The notes under the pieces were generated by a model that saw nothing but the letters and a program-made list of their open reading frames with translations, had not been told where the DNA came from and made no database searches. A stretch of 25,957 bases of DNA from assembly GCA_041492755.1 (NCBI GenBank), contig JBGPXN010000061.1, positions 1 to 25,957 of the forward strand, read 5' to 3'. The first letter of the stretch is position 1. The number at the start of each line of letters is the position of its first letter. This document shows, piece by piece, positions 1 through 9,375 of the stretch. Both the position numbers and the translations under genes were made by a program. The DNA is from Candidatus Methylomirabilia bacterium (lineage in GTDB: Bacteria > Methylomirabilota > Methylomirabilia > Rokubacteriales > CSP1-6).

Positions 1-32
1 GCAAGCTCGGCAGACGGGGTCATTCTTTCTCT

Positions 33-287
33 TCATTGCCCAGCGAAGTCATAAACCGGCGTTTCCAGTTTGCGGACGGGCTCTCCTTTGCGGAGGAGCC
101 GATCGACCTCTCGGAGGGTCGCCTCGTCGATCCATACCTCCCCGCAGACTGTGCACACCTGAGCCGGCACGTGCTGGAACAGGTAAAGGCGGGATCGCCG
201 CCGCTCCTCGTGCGTGATCGTCGTCAGACGGAGCGTGCCGCCGCAGACCGCGCAACGCTCCTTCGTGGGTCGGGCTTTCGTTCTCAT
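33..287 (-). CDS. YgiT-type (MqsA N-terminal-like) zinc-finger protein, putative antitoxin
   Basis: CAVCGG...VPAQVCTVCGE two CxxC pairs in YgiT-type arrangement; 4-nt overlap with upstream DUF4258 gene. Confidence 0.85.
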   Translation of the reverse strand: MRTKARPTKERCAVCGGTLRLTTITHEERRRSRLYLFQHVPAQVCTVCGEVWIDEATLREVDRLLRKGEPVRKLETPVYDFAGQ

Positions 288-634
288 GGGCTTGGTTTCC
301 TGTTCAGCTTAGGCGGTTTCGCCTTCCTCGTCCACGGATCCTCCCACTTCCGGGGATCGAGCCAGTGGACGGTGATGACGTGGAGAGACTGTCGCGTGCG
401 ATCGTAGCCGGCCGACACGTAGAGCGGCCGGTCGGGCGCGACCATCGCCATGACCAAGCATTTCGGGAAGGGCTTGGCGCCAGGCCGGACCTCGATGATT
501 TCGCCAGTGCGCAGGACCCGCAGCGCCTGCCTGCGAGTGATCCCTCGCTGATACGCTCTGCGCAGCGCGTGGCGCCGCCATTTGATACGGCCAGCCCAAG
601 CGGCCGCGCGAATGGTCTGAAGAGCGAGTGTCAC
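284..634 (-). CDS. DUF4258 domain protein, putative toxin of DUF4258/YgiT pair
   Basis: HALRRAYQRGI, GEIIE, P-K-CLV, RPLYV, HVITVH pattern typical of DUF4258; coupled to YgiT-type zinc finger. Confidence 0.8.
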   Translation of the reverse strand: MTLALQTIRAAAWAGRIKWRRHALRRAYQRGITRRQALRVLRTGEIIEVRPGAKPFPKCLVMAMVAPDRPLYVSAGYDRTRQSLHVITVHWLDPRKWEDPWTRKAKPPKLNRKPSP

Positions 635-641
635 TCAAAGG

Positions 642-670
642 AGTATTCGCATCGGGACAGCAGGCGACAA
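642..670 (-). promoter_or_regulatory. putative sigma70 promoter, likely leaderless transcript of DUF4258/YgiT pair
   Basis: TTGTCG-17nt-AATACT, then 7 nt to GTG at 634; no SD visible. Confidence 0.45.
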
Positions 671-848
671 TGTCCAAAGAGTGATACACCAAGCGCCGAG
701 GAGCGGCGGCTATCCCTCTCGCACCCGAACCGCCCGCGCCGCGCGCGCCCGCGACCCGGCACTCCTACGCTCCGGCTCCAGCTCGCCCCGGGGGGGCGCG
801 TACGCGGAATGCTCGGGATTTGACCCCTCGCTTGTATACTTCCGCGAC

Positions 849-1046
849 ATGGCCCACTTGGCTCGGGATCGACGGAAATCCAATGCTCCCACTGGGAATG
901 ACTTGGGCAACCTGCTGGCCGAGATCGACCAGGCCTTGAAATCCCTGCTCAACATCCGCGACCGTGTCGCCGCGCACCAGTCCTGTCACGTCGTGGAGTC
1001 CGCCCCGTCGGAGTCTGGCCGCCGGGCGGCGACGGAGGTGGCATAG
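849..1046 (+). CDS. small hypothetical protein (65 aa, amphipathic helix)
   Basis: ATG 849 preceded by TATACT (835-840); LGNLLAEIDQALKSLLNIRDRV is protein-like rather than shadow-frame composition. Confidence 0.45.
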   Translation: MAHLARDRRKSNAPTGNDLGNLLAEIDQALKSLLNIRDRVAAHQSCHVVESAPSESGRRAATEVA

Positions 1047-1109
1047 ACGTAGACCGCCCCTGACACAAACCGGGCGCCCCCCAGCGTGAACGCCACGCGA
1101 TGAGTCCCC

Positions 1110-1901
1110 TCACGCCGCCGGCGGGTCGGGCTCGCGCGCGTGGACGTACCATGGGCAGACGAGGCGCTCGACCAGCTCCACCAGCCCGAACAGCCCCACC
1201 GCCATCACCGCCAGCAGCAGCATCGCCGCGAACGCGAGGTTCGATTTCCAGTACGACGTCGCCGACAGAATGACGTACCCGAGCCCCTTGTCCGACCCCA
1301 CGAACTCGCCGACGACGGCGCCGATGACCGCCAGCGTCACCGCCACCTTGAGCCCGCTGAAGAAGAAGGGCAGCGCCATGGGGAACCGCACCTTGAGGAA
1401 CGTCTTGAGCGGGTTGGCCCGATAGGAGCGGCTGAGGTCGAGCAGCTCGGACGGCGTCGCGGCCAGCCCCGTGGCCGTGTCCACCACGACCGGAAAGAAG
1501 GCGACGGAGAACGCGACGACCACCTTCGACACCTCACCGGCGCCCAGCAACAGCAGGAGCACCGGGGCGATGGCGACCTTGGGGATCGCCTGCGCGACGA
1601 CGAGGAGTGGGTAGATCGCGCTGCGCAAGACGGGCGAGTAGACGATGACGACGGCGATGGGCACGCCCACCGCGATGGAGACGGCGAACCCGGCCAGCGT
1701 CTCGTAGAGCGTCACCCAACTGTGGCTGAGCAGGTACCAGCGCCACGCCCACGTCTCGGCGACGATCCCCGACGGCAACGGCACCACGAAGCGGGGAACG
1801 TTGAAGATCCGCCAGGTGATCTCCCACACCAGGAGAGCCCCCAGCAGCACGCCGGCCGGCAGCAGGACGGGCCGGGCGCGCCGCTCAAGCGCGGACAGCA
1901 C
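1110..1901 (-). CDS. ABC transporter permease, NitT/TauT (SsuC/TauC-like) family
   Basis: hydrophobic helices; QAIPKVAIAP, FFPVVVDTATGL, KVRFPMALPFFFSGLK, GAVVGEFVGSDKGLG; GTG start at 1901 inferred. Confidence 0.92.
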   Translation of the reverse strand: MLSALERRARPVLLPAGVLLGALLVWEITWRIFNVPRFVVPLPSGIVAETWAWRWYLLSHSWVTLYETLAGFAVSIAVGVPIAVVIVYSPVLRSAIYPLLVVAQAIPKVAIAPVLLLLLGAGEVSKVVVAFSVAFFPVVVDTATGLAATPSELLDLSRSYRANPLKTFLKVRFPMALPFFFSGLKVAVTLAVIGAVVGEFVGSDKGLGYVILSATSYWKSNLAFAAMLLLAVMAVGLFGLVELVERLVCPWYVHAREPDPPAA

Positions 1902-2667
1902 GGGCCGGTTCCTGGCGCCGCGTGAAGATGAGCCGGCGGATCTCCTCGGCGGCCTCCCGGAAGCGCGGGTCGAACTCCATGTCCGCCGTGCGCGGGCGGG
2001 GCAGGCCCACCTCCAGCACACGCGCCAGGCGGCCGGGGCGGGGCGTCATCACCACCACGCGATCGGACAGCAGGATGGCCTCGGGGATCGAGTGGGTCAC
2101 GAACAGGATGGTCTTGCGCCGCTCCTCCCAGATCCGCAGCAGCTCGAAGCCCATCTCCTCGCGCGTCATGGCGTCCAGCGCGCCGAAGGGCTCGTCCATC
2201 AGCAGGAGGCCGGGATCGTGGACGAGGGCCCGGCAGATGGCGACGCGCTGCTGCATGCCGCCCGACAGCTCCCAGGGGTAGCGCTGTTCGAACCCGCCGA
2301 GACCGGCCAGCTCGATCAGCGCCATCGCCTGCGCGCGATGGCTCTCGCGCCGCCGGCCCAGCATCTCGATGGAGAAGAGCACGTTGTCGAGCACCGACCG
2401 CCAGGGCAGGAGCACCGCGCTCTGGAACACGATGCCGACGTCGGGGAAGGGCTCGCGCACCTCCGCGTCGCGCACGCGGACCACGCCCGCGCTCGGCGGC
2501 GTGAGTCCGCCCACCACGCGCAGCAGCGTGGACTTGCCGCAGCCGCTGGGCCCGACGAGGCTGACGAACTCCCCGTCCCTCACCTCGAGCGTGACCGCGT
2601 CCAGGGCGTGGACCAGGTCGCCCCGGCGCGTGCGGTAGGTCTTGGAAACGTCGCGGAGGCTGATCAC
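1885..2667 (-). CDS. ABC transporter ATP-binding protein, NitT/TauT family
   Basis: Walker A GPSGCGKST, signature LSGGMQQR, Walker B LLMDEPFGALD, FVTH; GTG 2667 overlaps upstream stop. Confidence 0.95.
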   Translation of the reverse strand: MISLRDVSKTYRTRRGDLVHALDAVTLEVRDGEFVSLVGPSGCGKSTLLRVVGGLTPPSAGVVRVRDAEVREPFPDVGIVFQSAVLLPWRSVLDNVLFSIEMLGRRRESHRAQAMALIELAGLGGFEQRYPWELSGGMQQRVAICRALVHDPGLLLMDEPFGALDAMTREEMGFELLRIWEERRKTILFVTHSIPEAILLSDRVVVMTPRPGRLARVLEVGLPRPRTADMEFDPRFREAAEEIRRLIFTRRQEPARAVRA

Positions 2668-4160
2668 CCGGCCGGCCCGGCGTAGCGGTCCACGGGATAG
2701 GGCAGGGCCGCGGCCGCCCGGCAGGCTGTCGAAAGGTACGGCGCGACCTCCTCGGCCAGGCGCCACCGGCCCGCGTTGTCCCGCCGGACGCGGTCGGCCG
2801 CGTCCTGGGCCCGTGCCCGCAGGCGCGCCTCGTCCACGGTGAGCACCCGGCCGTCGCGCACGACCACCCGGCCGTCGACGAGCACGGTATCGACCGCCGC
2901 ACCCGTCTCGGCGTAGACCAGTGAGCCCAGCACGTCGTTGAGCGGGCGCAGGAAGGTCGAGTCCGCCCGCAGCAGCACCAGGTCGGCCTTGCGGCCCGGC
3001 TCCACCGCCCCGATCTCGTCGCCGAGACCGAGGGCCCGCGCGCTGCCAAGCGTGGCCATGCGCCAGACCTCGGGCGCGCCGATCCAGCGCGCGGTGTGGT
3101 GCGGGAAGCGGACGTTGCCGACGAGCCCGGCCAGGCGCATCGCCTCGAAGAGGTTCTGGTTGTCGGACGACATCGAGCCGTCGGCGCCGAGGCCGACGGT
3201 GACGCCGCGGTCGAGCATCTCGCGCACGGCGGCGATGCCGCTGCCCAGGCGCAGGTTGCTGGCGGGGTTGTGGGCGACGCTGCCGCCGGTGTCGGCCAGG
3301 CGGGCCAGGTCGTCGCCGGTCAGCCACACGCCGTGGGCTCCCACGAAGCCGGGGCCGAGGAGCCCGATCTTCTGAAGCTGCGTCACCGCCGTGTGGCCCC
3401 ACCGGCGCTGGGCGGCGATGGCCTGCATCTTCGACTCGGCCAGGTGCGTGTGCACGCCCACGCCGTGCTCGCGCGCCAGCCGCGCCGTGCCGTCCAGGAA
3501 CCCGTCCGTGCACAGGGTGGGAATGGAGGGAGCGAGCGCGATCCGCACACGGCCGCCGGCCGAGCCGTGCAGGCGCCGGATCGACTCGTCGCCCAGGCGG
3601 AGCAGCGCCGCGGCGGGGGCCGCCGTCATCTCGCGGACCCGGCGGCGCAGGTCGTCCGGCAGCAGGTCCATCAGGCCGGGTACGGTGTCGTGGAAGGGCA
3701 CGTCGCCGACCGTCGGCGCCACCACGACGCGCAGGCCGACGTCGGTGTAGGCGCGCGCCACCGCCTCCACGTCCTCCACGCTCGGCGCGGGCGGAGCCAT
3801 GAAGAGGTCGTAGGCCGTCGTGCAACCAGTCTTCAGCATCTCGACGGCCCCGAGCGCCGCCGAGAGATAGTGATCCTCGGCGGTGCGGCCGCCGTTGAGC
3901 GCGGGCCCGTGGTTCAGCAGGTCCTCCAGGGTCCAGCGATCCGCCAGGCCCCGGAGGAGGTTGTTGTGGGCGTGCGTGTGCGCGTTGACCAGCCCGGGCA
4001 CGATCAGGAACGGGCTGGCGTCGATCGACTCGACCTCGGCCGGCCGGGGCAGCGACGGTTCAACGGCGGCGATGCGGTCGTCCTCGATCAGGACGTCGGC
4101 CCGCTCGAGGGCGGGGCCGGGCCCGCGCAGGACCTGGCCGCCGTGCAGGAGGAGCGCCAC
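2664..4160 (-). CDS. metal-dependent amidohydrolase (MTA/SAH-, guanine-, AtzA/TriA-type deaminase family)
   Basis: PGLVNAHTH (HxH), EMLKTGCTT, HTHLAES (HxxE), AHGVWL, HNPASNLRLGSG, GLGADG, G-x-E-PGRKADLV. Confidence 0.93.
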   Translation of the reverse strand: MALLLHGGQVLRGPGPALERADVLIEDDRIAAVEPSLPRPAEVESIDASPFLIVPGLVNAHTHAHNNLLRGLADRWTLEDLLNHGPALNGGRTAEDHYLSAALGAVEMLKTGCTTAYDLFMAPPAPSVEDVEAVARAYTDVGLRVVVAPTVGDVPFHDTVPGLMDLLPDDLRRRVREMTAAPAAALLRLGDESIRRLHGSAGGRVRIALAPSIPTLCTDGFLDGTARLAREHGVGVHTHLAESKMQAIAAQRRWGHTAVTQLQKIGLLGPGFVGAHGVWLTGDDLARLADTGGSVAHNPASNLRLGSGIAAVREMLDRGVTVGLGADGSMSSDNQNLFEAMRLAGLVGNVRFPHHTARWIGAPEVWRMATLGSARALGLGDEIGAVEPGRKADLVLLRADSTFLRPLNDVLGSLVYAETGAAVDTVLVDGRVVVRDGRVLTVDEARLRARAQDAADRVRRDNAGRWRLAEEVAPYLSTACRAAAALPYPVDRYAGPAG

Positions 4161-4165
4161 CGCGG

Positions 4166-5206
4166 TTACTTGCGCTCGGGCAGCAGGTCGTTCGTGTAAA
4201 GGTCCGCCCCCGGCACGCGCCGCTTGAGCTGCATGAACTCGGTGTAGACGTCGCGCGAGCGGTCGACCCGGTCCGGTTCGAACTGGCCGACGGCCACCAC
4301 GCCCGAGGTCACTTCCGCCGTGAACGAGTACCGGGAGGCGACGGTGGCCGCGCCCAGGGCCGCGTCGAAGTCGACCTCGGGGTTCGACTTGAGCAAGGCG
4401 CGCGCGCCCTCTTCCAGGTGCTCGCGGGCGAACGCGTACTTCATGCCGCGCACGGTGGCCCGCAGGAACGCCTTGAGCGGCTCCGCATCCTTGGCGATCG
4501 TCTCCTCGCGCGTGAAGACGACCAGCGAGTACATGTCGAAGCCGGCGTCCGCGTAGGAGATCCGCTTGAGCGTGATGCCCTGCGACTTCGCCTGCTTCTG
4601 CAGGCGCGCCTCGTGGTTGGCGAAGAACGGGGCGCCGTCGACGCGACCGGTGATCAAGGCCGGCCCCATGGCCGCGCCGTCCATCGTCACCCACTTGACC
4701 GAGTCGGCCGGGAAGCCGGCGAGCTTGGCCAGGAGCGGGAAGAGGATCCCGTGGCTGTTGCCGGGCGTGATCGACAGGGTCTTGCCCGCCAGGTCCTTCG
4801 CCGTGTTGATGCCCGTGCCCTCGCGCACGAAGATCGAGTGGGGCGGGCGGCGGAAGTAGGCGGCGATGGCACGCACCTTGACGTCCTCGTTGGCCCGGGC
4901 GGCGGCCAGCGCGCTGAAGTCGGCGCTGCCGGCGTCGCCCTGGCCGACCGCGATCCGCTTCACGGTGTCGCCGGAGCCGGCGCCGCGCAGGATCTTGACG
5001 TCGAGCCCTTCCTCCCGGTACCAGCCCTTGTCGAGCGCGGTGAAGTACGGCGTGTACTCGCCGTAGGGCAAGAAGTCGAGGATGAAGGTGAAGGGCCGCA
5101 GCTTCGGCTGGGCCTGGGCCGCGGGGCCGGCCCACGGGCCGGCCCCGGTGAGAGCGATCACGAGCAGCAGCGCGACGATCGAGGCCGTCCTGGTTCTCAC
5201 GGGCAT
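4166..5206 (-). CDS. ABC substrate-binding protein, NMT1/THI5-like
   Basis: signal peptide; LDFLPYGEYTPYFTALDKGWYREEGLDVKI, GINTAKDLAGKT; GGAGGG SD before ATG 5206. Confidence 0.9.
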   Translation of the reverse strand: MPVRTRTASIVALLLVIALTGAGPWAGPAAQAQPKLRPFTFILDFLPYGEYTPYFTALDKGWYREEGLDVKILRGAGSGDTVKRIAVGQGDAGSADFSALAAARANEDVKVRAIAAYFRRPPHSIFVREGTGINTAKDLAGKTLSITPGNSHGILFPLLAKLAGFPADSVKWVTMDGAAMGPALITGRVDGAPFFANHEARLQKQAKSQGITLKRISYADAGFDMYSLVVFTREETIAKDAEPLKAFLRATVRGMKYAFAREHLEEGARALLKSNPEVDFDAALGAATVASRYSFTAEVTSGVVAVGQFEPDRVDRSRDVYTEFMQLKRRVPGADLYTNDLLPERK

Positions 5207-5249
5207 CCCTCCGGTTGAGTTCGCCGCGGGGCGGGCCCGCGGGTACGTC

Positions 5250-5278
5250 ATTATTGGAGGAGGCGCGGCGACGGTCAA
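5250..5278 (-). promoter_or_regulatory. putative sigma70 promoter of SBP-deaminase-ABC operon
   Basis: TTGACC-17nt-AATAAT on minus strand. Confidence 0.65.
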
Positions 5279-5367
5279 TCCCCGTGGGCCCGGAGTTCTT
5301 GTCAGGGCCCGCTGGGTAGGCGTAGAGTCCGGCGTCACAGACACGGCGACCGAACGGAGGTCACCCG

Positions 5368-5559
5368 ATGGACCGGGAGAGGTTACGCGAGGAGTACGCG
5401 GCCGGGCTCCGCGCCGAGGTGGGGCGTCGCTTCGGGCCGGCGCGCGTGGAGGCGCTCAGGCAGACCATCGAGGACACCGCCGGCTGGATGGCCGAGGTGG
5501 CGACGTTCCCCGTCGATCCCGACGAGCACCCGGCGTTCTACGCGGAGCCGGCGCCATGA
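5368..5559 (+). CDS. small AtzG/GatC-like amidase partner protein (63 aa)
   Basis: GGAGG SD; ATGA overlap with amidase; C-terminal FPVDPDEHPAF resembles the FPL-x-D-x-x-EPA-x-F tail of AtzG/DUF4089-like proteins. Confidence 0.65.
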   Translation: MDRERLREEYAAGLRAEVGRRFGPARVEALRQTIEDTAGWMAEVATFPVDPDEHPAFYAEPAP

Positions 5560-6899
5560 GTCTGCACGAACGAGGTCTGGCCGAGGCGGCCCGGGCGATT
5601 CGCGCCAAGGAGCTGTCGCCCGTCGATCTGGTCGAAGCCGTGCTCGCGCGTATCGACACGCTCGACGCCCGCGTCCAGGCGTGGGCACTCGTCGATCGGG
5701 AGGGCGCGCGCGCGGCGGCGCGCCAGGCGGCCGACGAGGCGACCCGCGGCGTGCTGCGTGGTCCGCTGCACGGCGTGCCCTTCGGCGCCAAGGACATCTT
5801 CTATAGCGCCGGGCTCCGCACCGAGGGCGGCTCGAAGGTGATGGCCGGGTTCGTGCCAGCGTACGACGCGACCGCGGTGGCGCGACTCCGGAGCGCGGGC
5901 GCGATCCTGCTGGGCAAGTGCCACACGACGGAGTTCGCGACGTACGACCCGGCGCCCACGCGCAACCCATGGAATCTCGCGTGCACGCCGGGGGGCTCCT
6001 CGAGCGGCTCGGCCGCCGCGGTGGCCGCGCGCATGGTCCCGCTCGCTCTCGGCAGCCAGACCATCGGCTCGAACGTGCGTCCGGCCTCGTACTGCGGGCT
6101 CGTCGGACTCAAGCCGACGTTCGGTCGGATCAGCGCGCGCGGAGTGATGGCGCTCTCCTACACCCAGGACCACGTCGGGCTCATGACCCGCAGCGTCGAG
6201 GACGTCGCGCTCGGCCTCGGGCTCGTGGCCGGTCACGATCCCGACGATCCCAGCTCGTCGCGCGCGCCGGTGCCCGACTACCTGGCCGCGATCACGCGCC
6301 GCCGCGCCCCACGGATCGGGCTCCTGCGCGAGTTCTTCTTCGAGCGCGCCACCGCCGAGGTCGCTCGCATCACGTCGGAATCCGTCGACCGCCTGGCCCG
6401 CGCCGGTGCGATGGTGGAGGAAGCGAAGCTGCCGGGAAGCTTTCGCGCCGTGCACGCCGCCGCCAACCTCATCGTGCGCAGCGACACGGCGGGCATCCAT
6501 GCGGAGCGCTTCGCGAAGCACGCCGACCTCTACCGCCCGGCGATCCGCGGCATGATCGAGACCGGCATGCTCGTCCCCGGCGAGCTCTACGTCCGTTCCC
6601 TCCGCGTCCGCCGCCAGTTCCGTCGCGAAATGCTTCCGCTGCTCGAGCGCTATGACGTGCTGCTCACCCCGACGACGCCCGCGCCCGCCCCCGAAGGCAT
6701 GGCCACGGGCGATCCGCAGTTTCAGGTTCCCTGGTCGCTCAGCGGCTTGCCGTCGATCACGGTGCCGTGCGGCCTGTCCGCGTCGGGGCTCCCCCTGGGC
6801 CTCCAGCTCGTGAGCGGCATGTTCACGGAAGCCCCGCTGCTCGCGGCGGCGGCGTGGTGCGAGGACGTCCTCGGCCCCGGCCCCGCGCCGAAGCTTTGA
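5556..6899 (+). CDS. amidase signature family enzyme (GatA/AtzE-like)
   Basis: GPLHGVPFGAKD (Lys), PGGSSSGSAAAVAA (cis-Ser), GSQTIGSNVRPASYCG (nucleophile Ser), GLPLGLQL. Confidence 0.95.
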   Translation: MSLHERGLAEAARAIRAKELSPVDLVEAVLARIDTLDARVQAWALVDREGARAAARQAADEATRGVLRGPLHGVPFGAKDIFYSAGLRTEGGSKVMAGFVPAYDATAVARLRSAGAILLGKCHTTEFATYDPAPTRNPWNLACTPGGSSSGSAAAVAARMVPLALGSQTIGSNVRPASYCGLVGLKPTFGRISARGVMALSYTQDHVGLMTRSVEDVALGLGLVAGHDPDDPSSSRAPVPDYLAAITRRRAPRIGLLREFFFERATAEVARITSESVDRLARAGAMVEEAKLPGSFRAVHAAANLIVRSDTAGIHAERFAKHADLYRPAIRGMIETGMLVPGELYVRSLRVRRQFRREMLPLLERYDVLLTPTTPAPAPEGMATGDPQFQVPWSLSGLPSITVPCGLSASGLPLGLQLVSGMFTEAPLLAAAAWCEDVLGPGPAPKL

Positions 6900-6905
6900 G
6901 GCGAA

Positions 6906-7604
6906 CTACACGCCGACGCCGAGGTAGCGGATGGCGAGCTGCTCGTCGGAGCTGAGCTGAGAGGACGGGCCCTCGAAGACCTTGGCGCCCTGATCGAGGA
7001 TGACTACGCGGTCGGCGAGGGCGAGGGCGGTGTCGACGTTCTGCTCGACCAGGAGCATGGCGAGACCGTCGCGCTTGAGATCGCGAAGCATCTCGACGAT
7101 GGTGTCGAGCACGAGAGGGGCCAGGCCCTGCGACGGCTCGTCCAGTAGCATCAGGGACGGGCGGGTCATGATGGCGCGACCGATCGCGAGCATCTGCTGC
7201 TCGCCACCCGAAAGGTGCCGGCCGAGCCGGGTTTTCAGGTCGGCGAGCACCGGGAACCGGGCGAAGACCTCGTCCACGGTGCCCGTCCCGGAGCGGCGCC
7301 GGACGATTTCGAGATTCTCCACGGCGCTCAGCGTGGAGAAGATGCCGCGGTGGGCCGGCACGTAGGCGATGCCCCGGCGCGCCACGACGTGGGGCGGCAG
7401 CCCCGTGATGTCCTCGTCCTTGTAGACGACCTTCCCCGCGCGTGGCGGCACCAGCCCGAGAATGCTCTTGAGGACGGTGGTCTTGCCCGCGCCGTTGCGC
7501 CCGAGGAGGGCCAGGACTTCGCCCCGCTCGACCTCGAGCGACACGCCCTGCAGCATGTGGACGAGACCGTAGTACGTGTGGAGCCCCTCGAGCCGGAGCA
7601 TCAT
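6906..7604 (-). CDS. livF: branched-chain amino acid-type ABC ATPase
   Basis: GRNGAGKTT, LSGGEQQMLAIGRA, LLDEPSQGLAP, LLVEQN. Confidence 0.92.
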   Translation of the reverse strand: MMLRLEGLHTYYGLVHMLQGVSLEVERGEVLALLGRNGAGKTTVLKSILGLVPPRAGKVVYKDEDITGLPPHVVARRGIAYVPAHRGIFSTLSAVENLEIVRRRSGTGTVDEVFARFPVLADLKTRLGRHLSGGEQQMLAIGRAIMTRPSLMLLDEPSQGLAPLVLDTIVEMLRDLKRDGLAMLLVEQNVDTALALADRVVILDQGAKVFEGPSSQLSSDEQLAIRYLGVGV

Positions 7605-8356
7605 CGTCGCGTGCCGAGGTAGGCGCGCTGCACGTCCCGGTTCTCGCGTACCTCGTCGGGCGTACCCTCGGCGATCAGCTCACCGACGGCCATGACCGAG
7701 ATCCGGTCGGAGATCGACATCACGATGCGCATCTTGTGCTCGATGAGGAGGATGGTGTAGCGGCCCACCAGTCGCTGCACGAGTTGCGTCATCTGCTGGG
7801 TGGCCTCCGGGGCCAGACCTTGCGTCGGCTCGTCGAGCAACACGAGGCGCGGCGACGACGCGAGAGTGACGCCGACCTCGAGGGCGCGCTGCTGCCCGTG
7901 CGAGAGCGTCTCGGCGGGGGCCGCGGTCTTGTGGGCCAGGCCGATGTCGCCGAGGATCCGCCGCACCTCCGTGTCGACCGCGGAGAACTCGGAGGCGCGC
8001 CGCAGGAATCCGAGCGCGCCCGGAGTGCGACCGGCGAAGGCCGCCACCCAGACGTTCTCGTAGGTGGTCAGCTTCGGAAACACGTTCGTGCGCTGGAAGC
8101 ACCGCGCCAGTCCGAGGTGGGGCAGGCGATGCGACGGCAAGCCCGTGATGTCGCGGCCCTCGAAGTAGACGCGGCCGTCGGTGGGACGAAGCTCGCCCGA
8201 GATGAGGTTGAAGAGCGTCGTCTTGCCCGAGCCGTTGGGGCCGATGACGGAATGGAGCGTGCCGGCCTGGACGGAGAGCGTCACGCGGTTGACGGCGCGG
8301 AGCGCGCCGAAGTCGCACGTCAGGCCCTCGGTGCGGAGGAGCGGCTCGCCGATCAC
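7601..8356 (-). CDS. livG: branched-chain amino acid-type ABC ATPase
   Basis: FGALRAV, IGPNGSGKTT, LSHGQQRALE, LLDEPTQG, IEHKM, VQRAYLG. Confidence 0.92.
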   Translation of the reverse strand: MIGEPLLRTEGLTCDFGALRAVNRVTLSVQAGTLHSVIGPNGSGKTTLFNLISGELRPTDGRVYFEGRDITGLPSHRLPHLGLARCFQRTNVFPKLTTYENVWVAAFAGRTPGALGFLRRASEFSAVDTEVRRILGDIGLAHKTAAPAETLSHGQQRALEVGVTLASSPRLVLLDEPTQGLAPEATQQMTQLVQRLVGRYTILLIEHKMRIVMSISDRISVMAVGELIAEGTPDEVRENRDVQRAYLGTRR

Positions 8357-9375
8357 CAGCCCGTCTCCCGCTCCGCGGTGACGCCCACCGCCACGCGCTC
8401 GCCGGGCTCGCGCCGCGCGCGCGGGCCCCCGACCGCATCGCGCAGGCGCGTGAACGCCTCGACGAGCCCGCCGCGCAGGAACAGCACGACCAGCACCAGG
8501 GCCACGCCAAGGATGAGCGGCCAGCGCTCCCACACCACCGAGATCGCCTCGGACAGCCACTTGAAGGCGGCGGCGCCCAGGAGCGGGCCGTAGAGGTTGC
8601 CGATGCCGCCGATGAGCACCATGAAGACGATGTCGCCCGAGATGATCCAGCTCATCGACTCCAGCGGCACGATGCCGAACATCATGGAGTAGAGCACGCC
8701 GGCGGAGCCGGTGAAGCCGCCCGCGATGGTGAAGGCGATCCACTTGTAGCGCTTGACGTCGTAGCCGACGGCGGCGGCCCGCCCGGGGTTCTCGCGGATC
8801 GACTGGAAGATGACGCCGAGCGGCGAGTCGACGATGCGCTTCATGGCGTAGAAGGCGAGCAGGAAGACCGCCGCCACGAAGACGTAGTAGCGCAGCGAGG
8901 AATCGAGCCGAATCGAGGCCGGCCCCAGGGCCAGCGGCGGCCGGGGGATCCCGGGCAGGCCGTCGTCGCCGCCCGTGACCGAGGTCCACTTGTAGGCGAT
9001 GAAGAAGAACATCTGGTTGAAGCCGAACGTAAGCATGATGAAGTACGTGCCCACGCGCTGGATGCAGACGTAGCCGAGGACGGCCGCGGCCAGCGCGCCC
9101 ACCAGCGTGCCGGCGGCGAGCACCGCGAGCAGCGGCGCCTGCCAGTGGATCATCATGAGTCCCGCGGTGTAGGCGGCGAGGCCGAAGAACGTGGCCTGGC
9201 CGAAGGAGAGCATTCCCGTGTAGCCGAAGATCAGGTTCAAGGCCATAGCCGCGATGGCGAAGATCCAGATCTCCGACGCCACCACGGGGCGCACCAGGAG
9301 CGGCAGCACCACGATCGCAGCGAGGAGGAGAACGAATCTCAGGACCGCTTCGTTCCTCGACCACAGTCGGCTCAC
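8353..9375 (-). CDS. livM: branched-chain amino acid-type ABC permease
   Basis: NLIFGYTGMLSFGQATFFG, TGGDDGL, SIRENPGRA, MVLIGGIGNLYGP. Confidence 0.92.
   Translation of the reverse strand: MSRLWSRNEAVLRFVLLLAAIVVLPLLVRPVVASEIWIFAIAAMALNLIFGYTGMLSFGQATFFGLAAYTAGLMMIHWQAPLLAVLAAGTLVGALAAAVLGYVCIQRVGTYFIMLTFGFNQMFFFIAYKWTSVTGGDDGLPGIPRPPLALGPASIRLDSSLRYYVFVAAVFLLAFYAMKRIVDSPLGVIFQSIRENPGRAAAVGYDVKRYKWIAFTIAGGFTGSAGVLYSMMFGIVPLESMSWIISGDIVFMVLIGGIGNLYGPLLGAAAFKWLSEAISVVWERWPLILGVALVLVVLFLRGGLVEAFTRLRDAVGGPRARREPGERVAVGVTAERETGW

Noticed and set aside
1..21. GCAAGCTCGGC...GACGGGGTC resembles 24961-24995
   Set aside because: Short GC-rich match inside a coding region; consistent with chance, not an att site
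1..23. Possible gene start (minus-strand ATG at 23) downstream of the YgiT gene
   Set aside because: Only 7 codons in window; cannot be supported
5556..6899. gatA/gatC housekeeping assignment
   Set aside because: No gatB; GSQTIGSNVRPAS differs from GatA GSDTGGSIRQPA; catabolic context
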